Below, in pieces: positions 47,795 to 60,488 of a stretch of DNA of 64,000 bases. The notes under the pieces are model-generated. The model saw only the letters and a program-made list of their open reading frames with translations. It was not told the DNA's origin and did not search any database. The first letter of the stretch is position 1, and each line of letters opens with the position of its first letter. Where the stretch lies: positions 121,150,001-121,214,000 of the forward strand of contig CM059431.1 of NCBI GenBank assembly GCA_030390025.1, given 5' to 3'. This stretch comes from Squalus acanthias. Taxonomy: Eukaryota. A program made the position numbers and the translations under genes.

Positions 47795-49640
47795 CATAGG
47801 TATGTGAAAAGTAAAAGATTGGCAAAGCTAAATGTAGGTCCTTTACAGTCAGAGACGGAAGAATTTATAATGGGGAATGAGGAAATGGGGGAAAAAATTA
47901 AATAAATACTTTGTTTCTGTCTTCACGGAGGAAGACACAAAAAACCTCCCAGAAATATGAGAGAACCAAGGGTGTGGCGAGAATGAGGAACTTAAAGAAA
48001 TTATTATTAGTAAAAAAACAGTACAAGCAAAATTAATGGGACTAAAAGTCGATAAATCCCAAGGACCGGATGACCTACATCCTAGGGTTTTGAAAGAGGT
48101 GGCCATTGGGATAGTGGACGCATTGGTTGTCATCTTCCAAAACTCTATAGATTCTGGAACGGTTCCTGCAGATTGGAGGATAGCAAATGTAACCCCGCTA
48201 TTTAAGAAAGGAGGGAGAGAGAAAACGGGGAACTACAGACCTGTTAGCCTCACATTAGTAGTTGGGAAAATGCTGGAATCTATTATAAAGGATGCAATAA
48301 CTGGACACTTAGAAACTAATAGTAAGATTGGGCAGAGTCAACATGGATTTATAAAAGGGAAACCCTGTTTGACAAACCTATTGGAGTTCTTTGAGGGTGT
48401 AACTAGTGGAGTAGACAAAGGGGAACCGGTAGATGTGGGGTATCTGGATTTTCAGAAGGCCTTTGATAAGGTCTCACACAAGATGTTGGTGAACATAATT
48501 AGGGCACATGGAATTGGGGGTAATATACTAGCATGGATTGAGAATTGGTTAACAGACAGAAAACAAAGAGTAGGGATAAACGGGTCTTTTTCAGGATGGC
48601 AGGCTGTGACTAGTGGGGTACCGCAAGGATCGGTGCTTGGGCCCCAGCTATTCACAATCTGTATCAATGATTTGGATGAGGGGACTAAATGTAACATTTC
48701 AAATTTGCTGATGATACAAAGCTACGTGGCAGTGTCAGTTGTGAAGAGGATGTGAAGAGGCTTCAAGGGGATCTCGACAGGCTCAGTGAGTGGGCGAGAA
48801 CATGGCAGATGGAATATAATGTGGATAAATGTGAAGTTATCCACTTTGGTAGAAAAAACAGAAAGGCAGAGTATTTCTTAAATGGTGAAAGATTGGGGAA
48901 TGCAGATGCTCAAAGGGCCCTGGGTGTCCTTGTACGTGAGTCACTGAAAGTGAACGTGCAGGTGCAGCAAGCCATTAGGAAGGCAAATGGTATGCTGGCC
49001 TTCATTACAAGAGGATTTGAGTACAGTAGTAAAGAAGTCTTACTCCAATTATATAGGGCCTTGGTGAGACCACACCTGGAGTACTGTGTACAATTTTGGT
49101 CTCCTTACCTAAGGAAGGATATACTTGCCATAGAGGGAATGCAACAAAGGTTCACGAGATTGATTCCTGGGATGGCGGGACTGTCGTATGAGAAGAGATT
49201 GAGTAAACTAGGCCTGTATTCTCTTGAATTCAGAAGAATGAGATTGGATCTCATTGAAGCATACAAAATTATTACAGGGCTTGATAGGGTGGATGCTGGG
49301 AAAATGTTTCCCTTGGCTGGGGAGTCTAGAACCAGGGACCACAGCCTCAGGATAAAGGGTAGGCCATTCAGGACTGAGATGAGAAGAAATTTCTTCACAC
49401 AGAGGGTGGTGAATCTTTGGAATTCTCTACCCCAGAGGGCTGTGGAGGCTCAGTCATTGGATATATTCAAAACAGAAGTCGATAGATTTCTGACTAATAA
49501 GGGCATCAAGGAATATGGTGATAGGGCCGGTGAATGGAGTTGAGGCAGAAGATCAGCCATGATCTCATTGAATGGCGGAGCAGGCTCAAAGGGCCGAATG
49601 GCCTACTCCTGCTCCAATTTCTTATGTTCTTATGTTCTTA
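47795..49640 (+). mobile_element. 5'-truncated CR1 LINE
   Basis: ORFs 48036-48755 and 48752-49543 are joined by a frameshift at the FADD motif. The C-terminus is complete and the tail is (TTCTTATG)n. Confidence 0.97.
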
Positions 49641-50100
49641 TCAGAGAATGAGCCATGGAGATCAGCATCGGTTATTTGTGACACTCATAATTTTCCAGTG
49701 ATTTATTTTATTGACTCTAAAAACAGGCATGCTTCAAATCAGGTTTATCGAACTCTGAACCTACAAAGGTAGGCATGAACAAAAAGTGGTGTCATGTAGG
49801 TGGAAAGTGTTAACAGGTCACTCTTCTATATAGAATATACAGCACAGAAACAGATCCTTCAGCCCAACCAGTCCATGCCGGCGTTTATGCTTCACTTGAG
49901 CCTCTTTCCTCATCTAACTCTATCAGCATAACCTTCTATTCCCTTCTCCCTCATATGCTTATCTAGTTTTCCCTTAAATACATCTATACTATTCGTTTCA
50001 ACCACTCCCTGTGGTAGCGAGTTCCACATTCTCACCACTCTCTGGGTAAAGAACTTTCTTCTGAATTCCCTATTTGATTTCTTGGGTGACTATCTTATAT

Positions 50101-53100
50101 GCTAAAATAACAACTGAAAACGCTGGAAAAACTTAGCAGGCCAGGCAGCATCTGTGGAGAGAGAAACAGAGTTAATGTTTTAGGTCTGGGACCCTTCATC
50201 AGAACTTGAAAAAGCTGGAGATGTAACAGATATTAAGCAGGTGCAGAGACGGGGGCGGCGGGGGGGGGGGTGGGGGTGGGAGGGGAGGGAGGAATTGAAG
50301 GAATATACTGTGCTTTTGTAAGAGGCAGGTATGTGTTGCATCTCCTGTGCTTGCACGGGAAGGTGCCGGGCGAAGGGGAAGGCATAAAAGGAAATCTAAA
50401 AAGGTGACTCAACCGTGGATAACAGGGGAAATTAGAGACAGCATAAAATCCAAAGATAGGGCGTATAAAATAGCCAAAAACGCGCCAGAGCGGAAGATTG
50501 GGAACAGTTTAAGATAGAGCAAAGGGGGCAAAGGGCTTAATCAAGAAGGGCAAAATAGCTTACGAAAGCAAGCTGGCGGAAAATATAAAAACTAACTCCA
50601 AAAGCTTTTATATAAGTATATCAAGAGGAAAGACTGGTGAAAACCAAAGTTGGTCCATTGCAGTCAGATACGGGGAATATATAAGGGAAATAAGGAAATG
50701 GCAGACCAACTAAATGCATACTTTGGGTCAGTCTTTACGAAGGAAGACACAAAAAACCTCCCTGGGATATCGGAAAAATAGGGACATTGGCAAAGGAGGA
50801 ACTGACGCAAATCAATATCTCTAAGGATATGGTGTTAAGGAAGCTAAAGGGATTGAAGGCGGACAAATCCCCAGGGCCTGATAACATGCATCCTAGGGTA
50901 CTGAAGGAGGTGGCCCTAGAGATAGCGGATGCACTAAGCATGATTTTTCAGAATTCATTAGACTCGGGAACAGTGCCCATGGATTGGAGGGTAGCTAACG
51001 TTACCCCACTATTCACAAAAGGGGGGTAGGGAAAAAGCAGGTAATTACAGACCTGTAAGCCTTACATCAGTTGTGGGCAAAATGCTGGAGTCCATCATTA
51101 AGGATGAAATAGCCGAGCACTTAGCAAATGGGGACAGGATAGGACAGAGTCAACATGGATTTACAAAGGGTAAATCGTGCTTGACTAATCTATTGGAATT
51201 TTTTGAGGGAGTAACTGGTAAAATAGATGGGGGAGAGCCGTAGATGTGGTGTACCTGGACTTCCAAAAGGCCTTCGATAAGGTCCCACATAAAAGATTAG
51301 CATGGAAAATTGAAGCTCATGGGATAAAGGGGAAAGTATTGACGTGGATAGAGAACTGGCTGTCAGATAGAAAACAGAGAGTTGGAATAAACGGCTCATT
51401 TTCTGAATGGCAGGCAGTAACAAGTGGGGTACCACAGGGATCTGTCCTGGGTCCCCAGCTGTTCACAATTTATATTAATGACCTGGATCAGGGAGTCGAA
51501 TGCAGCATTTCCAAATTTGCAGACGACACTAAACTAGGAGGGGGGTGGCTCAAGAGGAGGAGACCAGGAAGCTCCAGAGCGATTTGGACAGACTGGGTGA
51601 TTGGGCGGATAAATGGCAGATGCACTATAATGTGGACAAGTGCGAAGTTATCCACCTTGGGTGCAGGAACGGGAGGCAAATTATTATTTAAATGGCAATA
51701 AATTGGGAGAGGGGGAAGTACAGAGAGACCTGGGTGTTCTTGTACACCAGTCACTGAAGGCGAGCATGCAGGTGCAACAGGCGGTCAAGAAGGCAAACGG
51801 TATGCTGGCCTTCATAGCAAAAGGGTTGGAATACAGGAACAGGGATACCTTGCTGCAGCTGTACAGGCACTGGTGAGACCACACCTCGAGTACTGTGTAC
51901 AGTTTTGGTCGCCTCATCTGAGGAAAGATGTTCTTGCCATGGAGGGGTGCAGCGGCGATTCACCGGCTGATACCAGGAATGGCGGGATTGACCTATGAGG
52001 AGAGACTATGTAGTTTAGGGATGTACACACTGGAGTTTAGAAGATTGAGAGGGGACCTCATAGAAGTGTATAAAATTCTGACAGGTCTAGACAGATTAGA
52101 TGCAGAAGGAATGTTTCCCTTGGCGGGTGAGAACAGAACTAGAGGACATAATTTAAGGATAAGGGCTAAACCATTTAGGACAGAAATGAGGGGGAATTTC
52201 TTCACTCAGAGAGTGGTGAACCTGTGGAACTCATTGCCACAGAGGGCAGTGTACGCCAGCTCATTAAATATATTTAAGAGGGAATTAGATATATTTCTAC
52301 AGGCAAAAGGGGTTAAGGGTTACGGAGAGAAGGCGGGGACGGGATACTGAATTGAAGGATCAGCCATGATCTCATTAAATGGCGGAGCAGGCTCGAAGGG
52401 CCGGATGGCCTACTCCTGCTCCTATCTTCTATGTATCTATGTATCTATGACTGTTAGGGGTGATTGAGGAGTGGACCAGGGTGTCGCGGAGGGAGCGGTC
52501 CCTTCAGAATGCTGAAAGGGGAGGTGAGGGGAAGGTGCGTTTGGTGGTGGGATCACGTTGGAGGTGGCGGAAATGGTGGAGGATGATCCGTTGAATGTGG
52601 AGGCTGGTGGGGTGAAAGGTGAGGACAAGGGGAACCCTATCATGGTTCTGGGAGGGAGGGGAAGGGGTGAGAGCAGAAGTGTGGGAAATGGAACGGACAC
52701 GGTCAAGGGCCGTGTCAACCACAGTAGAAAGGAATCCTCGGTTGAGGAAAAAGGAAGACATGTCGGAAGCACTGGTATGGAAGGTGGCATCGTCAGAACA
52801 GATGCAGCGGAGACGGGGAAACTGGGAGAATGGAATAGAGTCCTTACAGGAAGCGGGGTTGGAGGAAGTGTAGTCCAGGTAGCTGTGGGAGTCAGTGGGC
52901 TTGTAGTGGATGTTTGTCGAAAGCAGATCGCCAGAAATGGAGACGGAGAAGTCAAGGAAGGGAAGAGAAGAGTCGGAGATGGACCATGTGAAGGTGAGGG
53001 AAGGGTGGAAATTAGAAAGTAAAGTGAATGAACTTATCTAGTTCAGGGTGAGAGCAGGAAACGGCACCGATACAGTCATCGATGTACCGGAAGAAGAGGT

Positions 53101-53328
53101 GAGGGAGGGGACCTGAGTAGGACTGGAACAAAGAATGTTCCACATATCCCATGAAAAGGCATTGCATTACCCTTGTCAATTCTCTCTGTTACCTCTTCAA
53201 AATTCTAATTTGGAGGAAGAGAGTGGAGTCAGAGGAGAAGTTGTTCAATGTGAGAACAAGTTCAGCTATGCAGAGGAGGGTGGTGGTGGATGGGGACTGG
53301 TTGGACCTTAGCATCCGCAATATTTTAC
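50101..53328 (-). mobile_element. Penelope-like element, split by a CR1 insertion
   Basis: Pseudo-LTR at 50101-50250. 52450-53305 is colinear with 32160-32995 (SSFFLNRGF..). Short inverted tail agcatccgcaatattttact at ~53310. Confidence 0.85.
50385..52449 (+). mobile_element. 5'-truncated CR1 LINE nested in Penelope
   Basis: RT motifs in ORFs 50787-52350 with many small deletions; tail (CTATGTAT)n. Confidence 0.95.
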
Positions 53329-55069
53329 TATTATATTGATGGCTTCTAGTTTTGCTCTTCCCCACAAGTGGAAACAGTCTCTCCCTGTCTACTCTATCAA
53401 AAACTTTCATAATTTTAAAGATCTCTATTAGGTCACCCCTTAGCCTTCTCTTTTCAAGAGAAAATAGACCCAGCCTGTTCATCATTTCCTGATAGGTATA
53501 ACCTCGTATTCCTGGTATCATCCTTGTAAATCTTCTCTGCACCCTCTCCAGTACCTCTGTATCTTTTTATAATAAGGCGACCAGAATTGTACACAATAAT
53601 CCAAGTGTGGTTTAGCTAATGTTCGATACAAGTTTAGTATAACTTCTCTAATGTTCAATTCTATCCCTCTAGAAGTAAACCCCAGTGCTTGGTTTGCTTT
53701 TTTTATGGCCTTATTAACCTGCACCGCTACTTTTAGTGATTTGTTTATTTGTACTCCGAGATACCTTTGATCCTCTACCCCATTTAGATCCTTATTTTAT
53801 AAGTAATATGTGACCTTATTTTTCTTATGTTAATGTATCACCTCATATTTATCTGCGTCGAAATTCATTTGCCAATTATATGCCCATTCTGCAAGTTTAT
53901 TAATGTCTTCTTGTAATTTGTTGCAGTCCTCCTCACTATTGACTATCCCCCCCCACCCTGCAATTTGGTGTCAACGCAAATTTAGAAATTGTGTTTTTGA
54001 TTCCAGTGTCTAAATTATTAATATAAATTGTGAACAACATTGATCCCAGCACTGATCCTTGTGGGACCCCATTTTCCACCTTCTGCCACTCTGAATAGTT
54101 AGCTTTTACTCCTGCTCTCTGCTTTCTGTCTTTCAGCCAGCTAGCTATCCATTCTGCTACTTGTCCCCTGACTCCGCATGATCTGACCTTATTCATTAGT
54201 CTATTGTGTGGCACCTTATCAAAAGCCTTTTCGAAATCTAGATAAATTACATCTACTGCATTACCCTTGTCAATTCTCTCTGTTACCTCTTCAAAATTCT
54301 AATGAGATTGGTCAAGCAAGACTTTTCCTTTTGAAATCTATGCTGACTATTCATTATTATATTCCAGATGTTTTTCTATTTTCTCCTTTAGTAGGGATTC
54401 CATTATTTTCCCTACCACCGATGTTAAGCTGACTGGTCTATAGTCCCTGAGCATGTTCTTTCTCCCTTCTTAAATATAGGTATTACATTAGCAATCTGCC
54501 AGTCCCCTGGCACTACACCTTTTTCTAATGAATTATTAAATATGTGTAATAGTGCCTCTGCTATCTCTTCCCCAGATTCTTTTAAAATGCATGGATGTAA
54601 CCCGTATGGACCAGGGATTTTAACCTCTTTGAGTTTTATTAGTTTATTTAATATTTTTCCTCTTTTTATTTTAAATGTGGTTATATCATTTCTAATCTCA
54701 TCTTCTGATGTCATGTCCACCTGATCTGTCACCCTGGTAAATATTTAATATTTCTGCCATTTCGCTATCGCTGCCTGTGATTTTATCCTGTCCATCCCTT
54801 AGTGGCCCTATTTCATCCCAACTTTCCTTTTATTTATTTATGTACCTGTAGAATATTTTACTATTTTGTTTCATGTTCCTTGATAATTTACTTTCATAAT
54901 TCCTCTTGACCTTCCTAATTCTTTTCTTGACTTTTCTCCTAATCTCTTCATATTCTCCCTTGTCATGCTCTCCCCTGCTGTCCATGTACTTAGTGTATGC
55001 CTCTTTTCTTACTCTCAATTTTTCCCTTATGTTTTTATTTATCCATGGCATCACATTGGTGTTTGATTT

Positions 55070-55885
55070 TTATTTTTTTAATTTGTTTTATGGGATGTGA
55101 GTGTTGCTGGCAAGGCCAGCATTTATTGCCTATCCCTAATTGCTCTTGAGAAGGTGGTGGTGAGCCGCCTTCTTAAACCATTGCAGTCCGTGTGGTGAAG
55201 GTACTCCCACAGTGCTGTTAGGTAGGGAGTTCCAGGATTTTGACCCAGCGACGATGAAGGATTGGCGATATACTTCTAAGTCAGGATGGTGTGTGACTTG
55301 GAGGGGAACTTGGAGGTGTGGTGTTCCCATGCATCTGCTGCCCTTGTCCTTCTAGGTGGAAGAGGTCGTGGGTTTGGGAGTTGCTGCCAAAGAAGCCTTG
55401 GTGAGTTGCTGCAGTGTATCTTCTAGATGGTACACACTGCAGCCACGGTACGCCGGTGATGGAGGGAGTGAATGTTTAAGGTGGTGGATGGGGTGCCAAT
55501 AAAGCAGGCTGCTTTGTCCTGGATGGTGTCGAGCTTCTTGAGAGTTGTTGAAGCTGCACTCATCCAGGCATGTTGAGAGTATTCCATCACACTCCTTACT
55601 TGTGCCTTGTAGATGGTAGAAAGGCTTTGGGGAGTCAGGAGGTGAGACACTCGCTGCAGAATACCTAGCCTCTGACCTGCTCTTGTTGCCACACTATTTA
55701 TGTGGCTGGTCCAGTTAAGTTTCTGGTCAATGGTGACTCCCAGGATGTTGATGGTGGGGGATTCGGTGATGGTAATGCCATTGAATGTCAAGGGACGGTG
55801 TTTAGACTCTCGCTTGTTGGAGATAATCATTGCCTGGCACTTCTGTGGTGCAAATGTTACCTGCCACTTATCAGCCCAAGCCTAA
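55070..55885 (-). mobile_element. 3' fragment of the L2/Crack-like LINE family seen at 38864-41281
   Basis: TINILGVTIDQKLNWTSHI..YKAQVRSVMEYS, colinear with 40470-41270. Confidence 0.9.
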
Positions 55886-56477
55886 ACATTGTTTTGTTTG
55901 TTCCTGTTTTATAGTGGAATATATTTTTCCTGGACTCTGTTGAACACCGTTTTAAATGTTTCCCATTGCAATTCTACATCATTGTTTGGCGATATTGCTG
56001 TCCATTTTATTTTCCCAAGTTCTATTCTCAACCCCTCTAAATCGGCTTTTCTCCAAACTATTACCCTGGTCTTCAGCATACTTATATCCTTCTCAATTAC
56101 TATCTTAAAGCATATTATATTTTGGTCACTATTGCCTAGATGTTCCCCTACTTTTACTTCTCTTAAGTGTTCTCGTTCATTCCCCATTACTAGATCCAAT
56201 AGCTTAGCCTCCCTTGTTGGGCTTCTTACATACTGAGTTAGAAAGGAGCCCTGCACACATTGTAGAAACTCCATTCCCTTATCCCCTTTACCTACCTTTT
56301 CTGGCCAATTGATTTCAGGGTAGTTTAAATCCCCCATGATTATTATTCTGTTTTTTACTCATTTCCCTAATTTGTTTGCATATTTATTCCTCCTTTCTGT
56401 GTGCACAACTGCTCTCAGTATTGCTGCCCCTCCATACTTGTTAAGGTCTTATGAGTAACTAGTGTGACATTCCAAAG

Positions 56478-56860
56478 AGCTTTACAGCCAACAAAGTACT
56501 TTTGAAGTGTAGTTACTGTTGTAATTTAGGAAATGCAGCAGCCAATTTGCACACAACAAGATCCCACAAACATGATAATGACCTGCTTTTGTGATGCTGG
56601 TTGAGTTATTAATATTGGCCAGGACACCAGGGAGAACACCTCTGCTCTTCTTTAAAAATAATGCCATGGGATCTTTTACATCCACCTGAGAGAGCAGACG
56701 AGGCCTCAGTTTAACGTCTCATCCGAAAGACAACACCTCTGACAGTGCAGCATTCCCTCAGCACTGCACTGGAACGTCAGACCAGATTTCATGCTCAAGT
56801 CTCTGGAGTGGGAATTGAAACCATATCCTTCTGACTGAGAGACGAGAGTGCGACCACTGA
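56478..56860 (-). mobile_element. Deu-domain tRNA-derived SINE (SacSINE1-like)
   Basis: Characteristic core tttaacgtctcatccgaaagac..gacagtgcagcattccctcag and gccatgggatctttt, with a degenerate B-box on the minus strand near 56815. Confidence 0.75.
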
Positions 56861-57377
56861 CACTTAATGAACATAATGGGAACTATTTTGACTTTTGGGT
56901 ATCCAATCTGCAGAGTGCTTTGGACACCTAGCGGCAAGCCCCTTGCAACGTGAAGCCAGCCACATCGTGGTGTTAATGGGGCAGTAAGGATACTGACCCG
57001 ATTATAAGGATGTTACCACCCAGTTAACGCCAGGCGAAGGCAGTCATAATCGAATCCAATGCGTGGTAACATGCGTGGTAACATTTCAGAGTACCATCAT
57101 GACAGTGACAGAGATAAATAGTGCAAGCCACATAGTGGAAGGTTTCAAGTAGTTCAATCAAATTCCCTAAACTGGCAACATTTTCAGATCCACAGGGCAG
57201 CATTTGCCATTAATAGCTCACTTTTCATACGAACATTGGAAAGGCAAGACAGGAACATGTCATCTGATCTATTGACCATGCCCCTTACAAACATAATGCA
57301 GACAGGTGCACCAACTACCTAACCCCCGGTCACACAATCTCCTGGGCAATGCAAAAAACAAGAAAGAAAAAACTTCC

Positions 57378-57732
57378 AATTATATAACACCTTCCATGAC
57401 CTAAAGATAATGAAGTACTTTTGAATTGCAGACACTGTTGTAATGTGGGGAAACTGCATTACAAATTACAAACAAATTTGCACACAGTACGGTCCCACAA
57501 ATAACAATGAGATAAACGACCAGATAATCTGTTTTTGATGGTGATGGTTGAGGGATAAATATTAGCCAGATGCTGGGAGAACTCACCTGCTATTCTTCCA
57601 CGAGTGCCATGGGATCTTTGACGGCTACCTGAGAGGGCAGATGTTTTAGATCCACAAGTCAGCATGGTTTAATGATTCATCTGATAGAGACACCTCCAAC
57701 AGTGCAGCACTCCCTCAGTACTGAACTGAAGC
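57378..57732 (-). mobile_element. Second Deu-domain SINE copy, more decayed
   Basis: Colinear with 56490-56770 (gtacttttgaa, gccatgggatctttt, acagtgcagcactccctcagtactg). Confidence 0.7.
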
Positions 57733-57993
57733 ACTATTTTTTTCTTCTGAATGTAGTAAATTGAAGTGCTTAAGGTCTCAGATTCAATACAGAAATATTT
57801 AAATGAGCACTTAGCAAAGTCCTGCAATAGTTGTGCTGGGTTTGTTATTTTTTCTCTGTATGCCCATTTGGAATGGAAGCAAATGAAGCTACGTGGATGA
57901 AGAAGCTATGAAATAGCCTTTGCATTTTTTGTAATGTTCACAGTACTTTCTTAATACAGCTAATATTTCACTGAGATAATTTGGGGGAACTAT

Positions 57994-58450
57994 GACCGCA
58001 AAATTTGGCTCCTTTGCACCTGCCATTAGCGCCTCCAGGGGGTGCTAACGGGGCTCAAAGGGCTTATCGCCCAGGTGAGGGTCTCCCGAGAAATTCAGCG
58101 GGGCACTACTGAGGCGCTAGCCGATAGCACCGCTCCCCCGCTGGTAGTGCCCCGGGCCGCTGCGCCGCCGGCGATGACGTCATCACCGTGCGCCACGACC
58201 CCTTAGCGCCCCGCGGCATAAATTCGGCTGCGCCCTGCGAGGCTGCCGCGGGCGATGCCAGTGCCAGCCTCGCGGGTTGTGAGCCGGGCCGACCTCCGTT
58301 CACAGGACGCTAATTAAAGGGAGGTGCAGCTGCGACCCGCGCTGGTTGACCCGCCGTGGCGGCCCTTGGCGTAGTCTATGGCCACCATCACGCAGCCCGG
58401 CACCGCATCTCGGTGCTGGACAGCAACCACGGGAAAAATTGATTCTTGTT
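57994..58450. mobile_element. CpG-rich Harbinger-type end fragment
   Basis: Starts TAT|GACCGCAAAATTTGGCTCC and is homologous to 14065-14200 and 26155-26470. The right boundary is uncertain. Confidence 0.65.
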
Positions 58451-60187
58451 GCACCCATTTTCAGAGCGGAAAATGGCGGGGGAGAGGGGGGCGGGGAAAG
58501 GACCAAATTTCCAGTGCCAAGTCCCGTGCCCCAAGGATGCCGGAAAGACATCTGGCCCCATATTGGATTGGCAGGCTTTTCAGACATCCCTGGTGGCCTC
58601 CTTAACAAGGCATTAGGCCCCCTAAGGACCCCTTCCTGAACTTGGGCTGCCCGGAGCAGAACATTCACCGGACCTGCCGCACTCAGCTTTTCCAGGAGTA
58701 GATGCAGTGTAAAAAGTGGCTGTTTCCAAACAGTTACGGTTTCCTTTGTAAACATTTTTAATGTGGGGCTAGGAGGAGCAGGAGTGCTCCTGTCTGCACC
58801 ACGGCACACCTGAGCCAACCTCTTTGGGTGCAGAGATCATTCCCTCCCCCCCATTTGCCATGAAAAATCTAATTTCACCCCAAGAATTTTCTAGTTGATG
58901 TGGTAAAGAATGAAAGAAAGGAAACCAGGGAAGTCAGACATGATGCACTGCTGTCTTCTTGAGAGGAAGCTTGGGTTGCTCAATAGGGAATCCCTGCTTG
59001 CACCCACCTCATGTAGCAGAATGACCATATCTCCAGACATGAAACAGGAGGGTCAGGAATAGTGTCATTCTGCTATTTGCCCATCGTGTTTTGTGTCTGC
59101 ACATTGGGTTTTCTGTTATTTTGGCCTCTACCATTACTTCTCCCCTCCCAATAGATTCTTTCTGATCGTTTTTTGAGCCTTTAAAAAGGATCACAGTTTT
59201 TTATTCCAGGCAGTGGTTTTGGTGGCTTTTTAGTCAGAATTGCTGAATCCGTCCTATAATTGCTAAATTCATATTCAAAAAATATTACTTTGTAAAGTAT
59301 ATAGTGCACTCTCTGAGCAGGGCCTCGTTAGATGGGAGCACATTTCAATGAATCGGTTATAGTGTTGTAGTTTTATCTCCAATTAGGAATCGTGTCTAAT
59401 GAGGCTCCACTCTGAGATCACAGCATCACTGAATTTGTCCAATTGTTCTATGCAACAAGACTCCTAATAAATCTATTCCGTAAGATTGTAAGTCAGTCAT
59501 GAAATATGCCAAATTATAGTGGAATAAAGAGTGCATGTACATGATTCAAAAACACTGTGGTTTATTTTTTTTTGGTTACTTTCAAGCTTATAATAAAGAT
59601 TTTAAAAAGGGGGGAAAATTCCAAAGGCTGGAAATAATTTCCGATGCTGAAGAGCCTGTTGTATAATTACAGCATTTTTTAATATTATTTCAAGATTATG
59701 ATCCTTAATATGCTGTATCTGCATGACATGTGGCCAAAAATGAATTCCAATATTGCTCCAAAACCAGATTTACAAATAAAATGCTCCTAGTCTAGTTAAT
59801 GATGTCAGCTGGATTTGAAGGTTTATTACTCTACCTTGTATAAACATTCCCTGGTTGTGGACTGCTCGGCATCAATGGAATAAGTGTTTCAACATGCAGC
59901 TTAGTCCTAATCTTGCAATGATCTGAATTAAGCAGTCATGCATATAATAGTACGCTAATGATAAAGTTATTAATATATCCAGTGTGTACATTCCACAAAT
60001 CAGTTGAAATTGCTTATGGTCAGTTTCTACAGGATTTGTGTTGGTTACATAAAATTCTACTCAGTATATTGCACCTAAGTTTGCATTCTTTTTAAATAAT
60101 TAATATTTATCTCATCTCCAGTGAACAGATAAAGGTATACAGTGCAATCTGAATGTAGGAATATCTTGTCGGAATGTAAGACTCAAA

Positions 60188-60488
60188 CTATTATTTCCTC
60201 TGGTGGAGGAGTCCAGGACAAGGTGCCATAACTTTAATATTAGTGTGAGGCCATTCAGGGGTGATGTCAGGAAGCACCTATTCACACAAAGCATAGTGAA
60301 AATCTGGGACTCTCCCCCTAAAAACTAATTGAAAAGGTCAAAACTGAGATTGATAGATTTTTGTTAAGTAAAGGTGTTAAGGGATACGGAACCAAGGCAG
60401 GTAGATGGAGCTAAGAAACAGATCAGGTATGATCTAGTTGAATGGTGGATCAGGTTCGAGGGGCTGAATGGCTTACTCCTGTTTCTAT
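60188..60488 (+). mobile_element. CR1 3' fragment
   Basis: LFPLVEESRTRCHNFNI and the CR1 3' UTR; the tail resumes at 62255 (tctgttcctat). Confidence 0.8.

Larger units (their letters stand above)
49826..56390 (-). mobile_element. Old CR1 LINE (endonuclease to 3' end) fragmented by nested insertions
   Basis: Endonuclease MGDLNYPEINW..LTQYVRSPTR..LDLVMGN (55909-56337), RT pieces at 53330-55060, and 3' end at 49826-50100. Confidence 0.85.
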
